Assembly (NCBI GenBank): GCA_963745835.1
Contig: CAVUZH010000020.1
Location: 64,001-128,000, forward strand
Length of the DNA stretch: 64,000 nt
DNA from: an uncultured delta proteobacterium
GTDB taxonomy: Bacteria; Desulfobacterota; Binatia; UBA9968
Direction of reading: 5' to 3'
Shown piece after piece: positions 60,453 through 64,000 of this stretch (positions are counted from its first letter, which is position 1; each line of letters starts with the position of its first letter). Made by a program: the position numbers and the translations under genes. The notes under the pieces are model-generated. The model did not search any database. It was not told where the DNA came from and saw only the letters and a program-made list of their open reading frames with translations.

Positions 60453-61201
60453 ATCCGTTCAACACGTCGGTTTTTGGAATGATGCGTCAAGTATATAGAT
60501 AAACCTTTTTATAGATAAGGTGAATCGAGCGGGACCGGCCATCCAAGTTCTTTGGATGGCCAGTCCCTATCCGCCTACATCAGTGGAAACAGAATATCTT
60601 CAGCGGAACGAAAGATGGATTAAGAGCAGGATTCAGAGTGGAGCGAGACTGGATGCTTTCTTCTTGCCTCGGCTGGATAATGTCATGATCTGCCTGGCTA
60701 AGCCCGAGGGATGGTCAAGCGCGTTTCTTTCCAATCAAGGCGAAAAACCGCCGTGTCCGTTCGCCACCGGTGCTGTTTGGCTGTTTGGATTTGGGCGGAT
60801 ACGAGATTGTGAGATAGATGACAACCAGCGCAAGAAGTAAAAATTCGTTCATAAGTCACAACCTTTTTTCGTTCGTCTCGGGATCGTGCAGTTGCATTGA
60901 CAATCGCTTGCCAAAGCAACGCATGTGCCAGCGCCTGCAGGAAACACGGCTGCGAATTAGCCGCATGAAATTTAGGATTTATGATTGTGGCGTCCCACCA
61001 GAACGGAACGAAAGGTGCCGTTTGTAGAAAAAGTTTACGACGACTGCACAAAAAGGTTCACGGAAATCCGCACTGTGTCGGTTCATCCCGCGGGAGCGTC
61101 GCTCATATTGTCGGTGGGTTCGAATCAAGAATCAGCAGTATGCTGAAGCTCCCCGACGTATGCGTCGTAACTTCCTGCGAGCTTTGCTACTATCGCGGTC
61201 A

Positions 61202-62002
61202 ATGAAAACTCAAATCTACAAAGCTTTAACTATCGCCGGCTCCGACTCGGGAGCGGGAGCCGGAATCCAAGCTGATTTGAAGACGTTTGCCGCGCTGGGG
61301 GTTTATGGAACTTCGGCGATTACCGCTATCACGGCGCAAAATACCCTCGGAGTGACCGGCATTGTTGAGCTCAGCCCGAAAATTGTCGGGGCGCAAATCG
61401 ACGCGGTAATCGATGACATCGGCGCACAGGCGGTAAAGACCGGGATGCTAGCCAACGCGGCGATTATCGAAATCGTCGCGGAAAAACTTCGCGCGCATAA
61501 GCTAGCAAACGTAGTTGTCGATCCGGTGATGGTGGCGACTTCGGGAGACCTGCTGCTTGAGAAAAATGCCGTCAGCGCGCTTCGTTCGCAACTGCTCCCG
61601 CTGGCGGCGGTGGTGACGCCCAATATTCTTGAGGCAAACCAACTGGCCGGCTTGACGATTGCCAATGCGAGAGACATGCGCCGTGCGGCCCAACGAATTG
61701 TCGATTTGGGAGCCCAGAGTGTGGTGGTTAAGGGCGGCCACCGGCGCGGGCCGGCGACGGATCTTTTCTTCGATGGCAAAAGGTTTCGCCAGCTTCGCAC
61801 TCCGCGCATCCACACGATTCATACGCATGGCACCGGCTGCACACTATCCGCGGCTATTGCAGCCTATTTAGCCAGGGGTGAGAAGCTAGAGAGCGCAATC
61901 ATGCATGCCAAAACCTACATTACCGCCGCGATCCGAAAAGGTTTCCCGGTCGGAAGCGGCCATGGCCCGGTGCATCACTTCTTTCGTTATTGGGGTAAAT
62001 AG
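61202..62002 (+). CDS. thiD: Hydroxymethylpyrimidine/phosphomethylpyrimidine kinase
   Basis: IAGSDSGAGAGIQADLKT, VDPVM, KGGH, HGTGCTLS. Confidence 0.95.
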   Translation: MKTQIYKALTIAGSDSGAGAGIQADLKTFAALGVYGTSAITAITAQNTLGVTGIVELSPKIVGAQIDAVIDDIGAQAVKTGMLANAAIIEIVAEKLRAHKLANVVVDPVMVATSGDLLLEKNAVSALRSQLLPLAAVVTPNILEANQLAGLTIANARDMRRAAQRIVDLGAQSVVVKGGHRRGPATDLFFDGKRFRQLRTPRIHTIHTHGTGCTLSAAIAAYLARGEKLESAIMHAKTYITAAIRKGFPVGSGHGPVHHFFRYWGK

Positions 62003-62050
62003 CGTCCGTGTAATTCGATCCGCAGACACGAACCAGGGAAGCGATTCGGA

Positions 62051-62824
62051 TCAACTGACGCCGACAGGTTCCTTACTGGAGGATCTCATTTCAGCGACGA
62101 TAGAGCGGGCGGCAGCAACCGGATCTTTGGCCTCGAGAATGGGACGTCCAACAACAATAAAGTCGACGCTGGCCTTGACGGCTGCCCCGGGGGTCATGAT
62201 GCGTTGCTGATCATTGCGGTTACTGTCCACCGGACGGATGCCGGGGGTCACGATGATAAAGCGTCGGCCGCAACACTCCCGAATAGCTCGGACCTCATGA
62301 GGCGACGCAACCACGCCATCCATTCCCGCTTCGTAAGTCAGCAGCGCCAAGCGCACCACTTGCGCAGCCACCCGCCCGTCGATGCCGACCCGTTTGAGAT
62401 CGTCTTGATTCAAACTGGTCAGCACGGTGACAGCCAGCATGATCGGCCTGCGCCGTTTTTCTTGCCGGCATACGCGCCGCACTTCTTTGACAGTCATACG
62501 CATCATTTCAAGACTGCCAGAAGCATGAACGTTGAACATTTTGACCCCCATGCGAGTAGCCTCGACCGCCGCTTTGGCTACCGTATTGGGAATGTCATGA
62601 AATTTAAGATCGAGAAAAACCTCGCCGCCGAGTTCTTGAATCAGGCGCACCGCCTGCGGCCCAGCGTGAGTGAACAACTGCTTGCCGATCTTGAACATGC
62701 CCACTTCGTTGGCAAGCGCCTGCACCAAGTCTTTGGCCTGATTGAGATCGTCGACATCGAGAGCGACAATCAGACGCTCGCGGGTAGGGCGCCGCGCCCG
62801 GAGCAGTTCCAGCTTGGAGGTCAT
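62051..62824 (-). CDS. pyrF: Orotidine-5'-phosphate decarboxylase
   Basis: VALD, FLDLKFHDIPNT, VTVLTS, TPGIR, VGRPI. Confidence 0.97.
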   Translation of the reverse strand: MTSKLELLRARRPTRERLIVALDVDDLNQAKDLVQALANEVGMFKIGKQLFTHAGPQAVRLIQELGGEVFLDLKFHDIPNTVAKAAVEATRMGVKMFNVHASGSLEMMRMTVKEVRRVCRQEKRRRPIMLAVTVLTSLNQDDLKRVGIDGRVAAQVVRLALLTYEAGMDGVVASPHEVRAIRECCGRRFIIVTPGIRPVDSNRNDQQRIMTPGAAVKASVDFIVVGRPILEAKDPVAAARSIVAEMRSSSKEPVGVS

Positions 62825-62832
62825 GTCTTTGG

Positions 62833-64000
62833 TTAGGCTGACTTGCTGAAATGGCTGTAAATCGTTTGCGCGGCTCCAGTAATTGGTATGTCTATCGATT
62901 TGCTTTCACGACGCCAGCGCAACTCGAGACTGCCCTTCTGCAATCCTTTGGCGCCGATGGTGATGCGCAAAGGAATTCCGATCAGATCGCCGTCTTTGAA
63001 TTTGACTCCGGGCCGTTCATCCCGGTCGTCTAGAAGCACTTCGAGGCCACGCTGGCGCAATTCCCCATACAAGAGGTCGGCCGCTTCTCTGGTCGCCTGG
63101 TCGGTATAGTTAATCGGCAACAGCAGTACTTGGAATGGCGCAATCGATGACGGCCAAATAATGCCGTTGTCGTCATGATTTTGCTCAACCGCGGCGGCGA
63201 CCAAACGGCTAATGCCAATGCCATAGCAACCCATCTCGATGGGGCGCTCGCGCCCTTCTGCATCTAGATAGGTAGCACCCATCAATTCGCTATATTTTCT
63301 TCCAAGATAAAACACCTGTCCCACTTCGATGCCGCGGTGGGCTTCGAGCCGACCTTGATCGCAACGTGGGCAGTGGTCTCCGGCCAACACCAGCCTGATG
63401 TCGGCAAAGGCCGTCGGGGTAAAATCACGCTCTTGATCGACTTCGATATAGTGGGCGTTCGCTTCGTTGGCTCCCGTGACCGCGCCGCGCATCGACTGAA
63501 CGGAAAGATCGGCAATGGTTCGCAGTTTCAAACCGATCGGTCCTAGATAGCCCGGCGCGACCCCGGTAGCAGCGACAACGGCCGCTTCATTGGCAAGCGT
63601 AATTTCACGGCAGCCTAGGGCCGTTTGTAATTTGACCTCGTTGATCTCATGGTCACCGCGCACCAGAGCAGCTACCAGCTCATCACCGTTGACTTGGTAG
63701 ACCATTGTCTTGATAAACTTCTCTGGCGCAAGCTTGAGAAATCCGGCGACCTCGGCAACACTCTTTTTTCCGGGGGTGAAGACCTTCTCAAAACCGGGTG
63801 CCTCTGCAGTAAGATCGCGCGCTGCCGGTTGGTAGGCCTTGACTGCCGCCTTCTCGAGATTAGCTGCGTAGTCGCAGCTGTTACAGCTGACGATGGCATC
63901 TTCCCCTGATTCTGCCAGAACTTGGAATTCATGCGACAAGCTGCCGCCGATAGCGCCGGTATCGGCTTCCACGCGCCGGTACTTTAGGCCGCAGCGATCG
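62833..64000 (-). CDS. proS: Proline--tRNA ligase, 5' end outside the window
   Basis: ADTGAIGG.SHEF, INS domain, GIEVGQVF, MGCYGIG, DDRDERPGVKF. Confidence 0.96.
   Translation of the reverse strand, partial: DRCGLKYRRVEADTGAIGGSLSHEFQVLAESGEDAIVSCNSCDYAANLEKAAVKAYQPAARDLTAEAPGFEKVFTPGKKSVAEVAGFLKLAPEKFIKTMVYQVNGDELVAALVRGDHEINEVKLQTALGCREITLANEAAVVAATGVAPGYLGPIGLKLRTIADLSVQSMRGAVTGANEANAHYIEVDQERDFTPTAFADIRLVLAGDHCPRCDQGRLEAHRGIEVGQVFYLGRKYSELMGATYLDAEGRERPIEMGCYGIGISRLVAAAVEQNHDDNGIIWPSSIAPFQVLLLPINYTDQATREAADLLYGELRQRGLEVLLDDRDERPGVKFKDGDLIGIPLRITIGAKGLQKGSLELRWRRESKSIDIPITGAAQTIYSHFSKSA

Noticed and set aside
60480-61200. TPP riboswitch or small gene upstream of thiD
   Set aside because: No CTGAGA..CCTGA..TAATGC arrangement could be assembled; the short ORFs have no recognisable features.
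1-64000. Integron integrase, phage integrase, tRNA or rRNA anchor for the accessory region
   Set aside because: No tyrosine/serine recombinase motifs or structural RNA recognised by eye.

Overview
A 64-kb bacterial window, moderately GC-rich. Its gene content (many orphan NMT1/SsuA-type and TctC/Bug binding proteins, amidohydrolases, CoA-transferase/acyl-CoA dehydrogenases) resembles Ca. Binatia-type genomes; this taxonomy is inference only. It has two parts. (1) About 1-27 kb is a mosaic accessory region with three HUH/Y1 REP-associated transposase (RAYT-like) genes, two of them bracketed by terminal inverted repeats. It also holds toxin-antitoxin modules, a candidate HEPN defence pair and many truncated genes. 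The most striking structure is a repeated unit: the 3' end of an ordinary gene plus a short tail ending in a RAYT-type end motif (consensus near ATGTTGCAATGCAAGACCTGACCCC). There are four degenerate amidohydrolase-tail copies (2.5-10 kb), a near-identical 288-bp DUF3500-tail duplication (18.3/20.9 kb) and two TctC-tail copies (16.7/18.0 kb). These units separate blocks of cargo genes like cassettes, suggesting an integron-like, RAYT-driven gene-capture array (hypothesis). (2) About 28-64 kb is mostly catabolic and transport genes: Co-type nitrile hydratase, polysaccharide-deacetylase-fold hydrolases, amine oxidase, an acyl-CoA cluster, comDE-like decarboxylase, ligAB-like dioxygenase and tctAB. 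It ends in housekeeping genes (phosphomannomutase, thiD, pyrF, proS) and also contains a solitary attC-like TA cassette and a MITE. No rRNA, tRNA or CRISPR array was recognised. Several single-base frameshifts may be sequencing errors.
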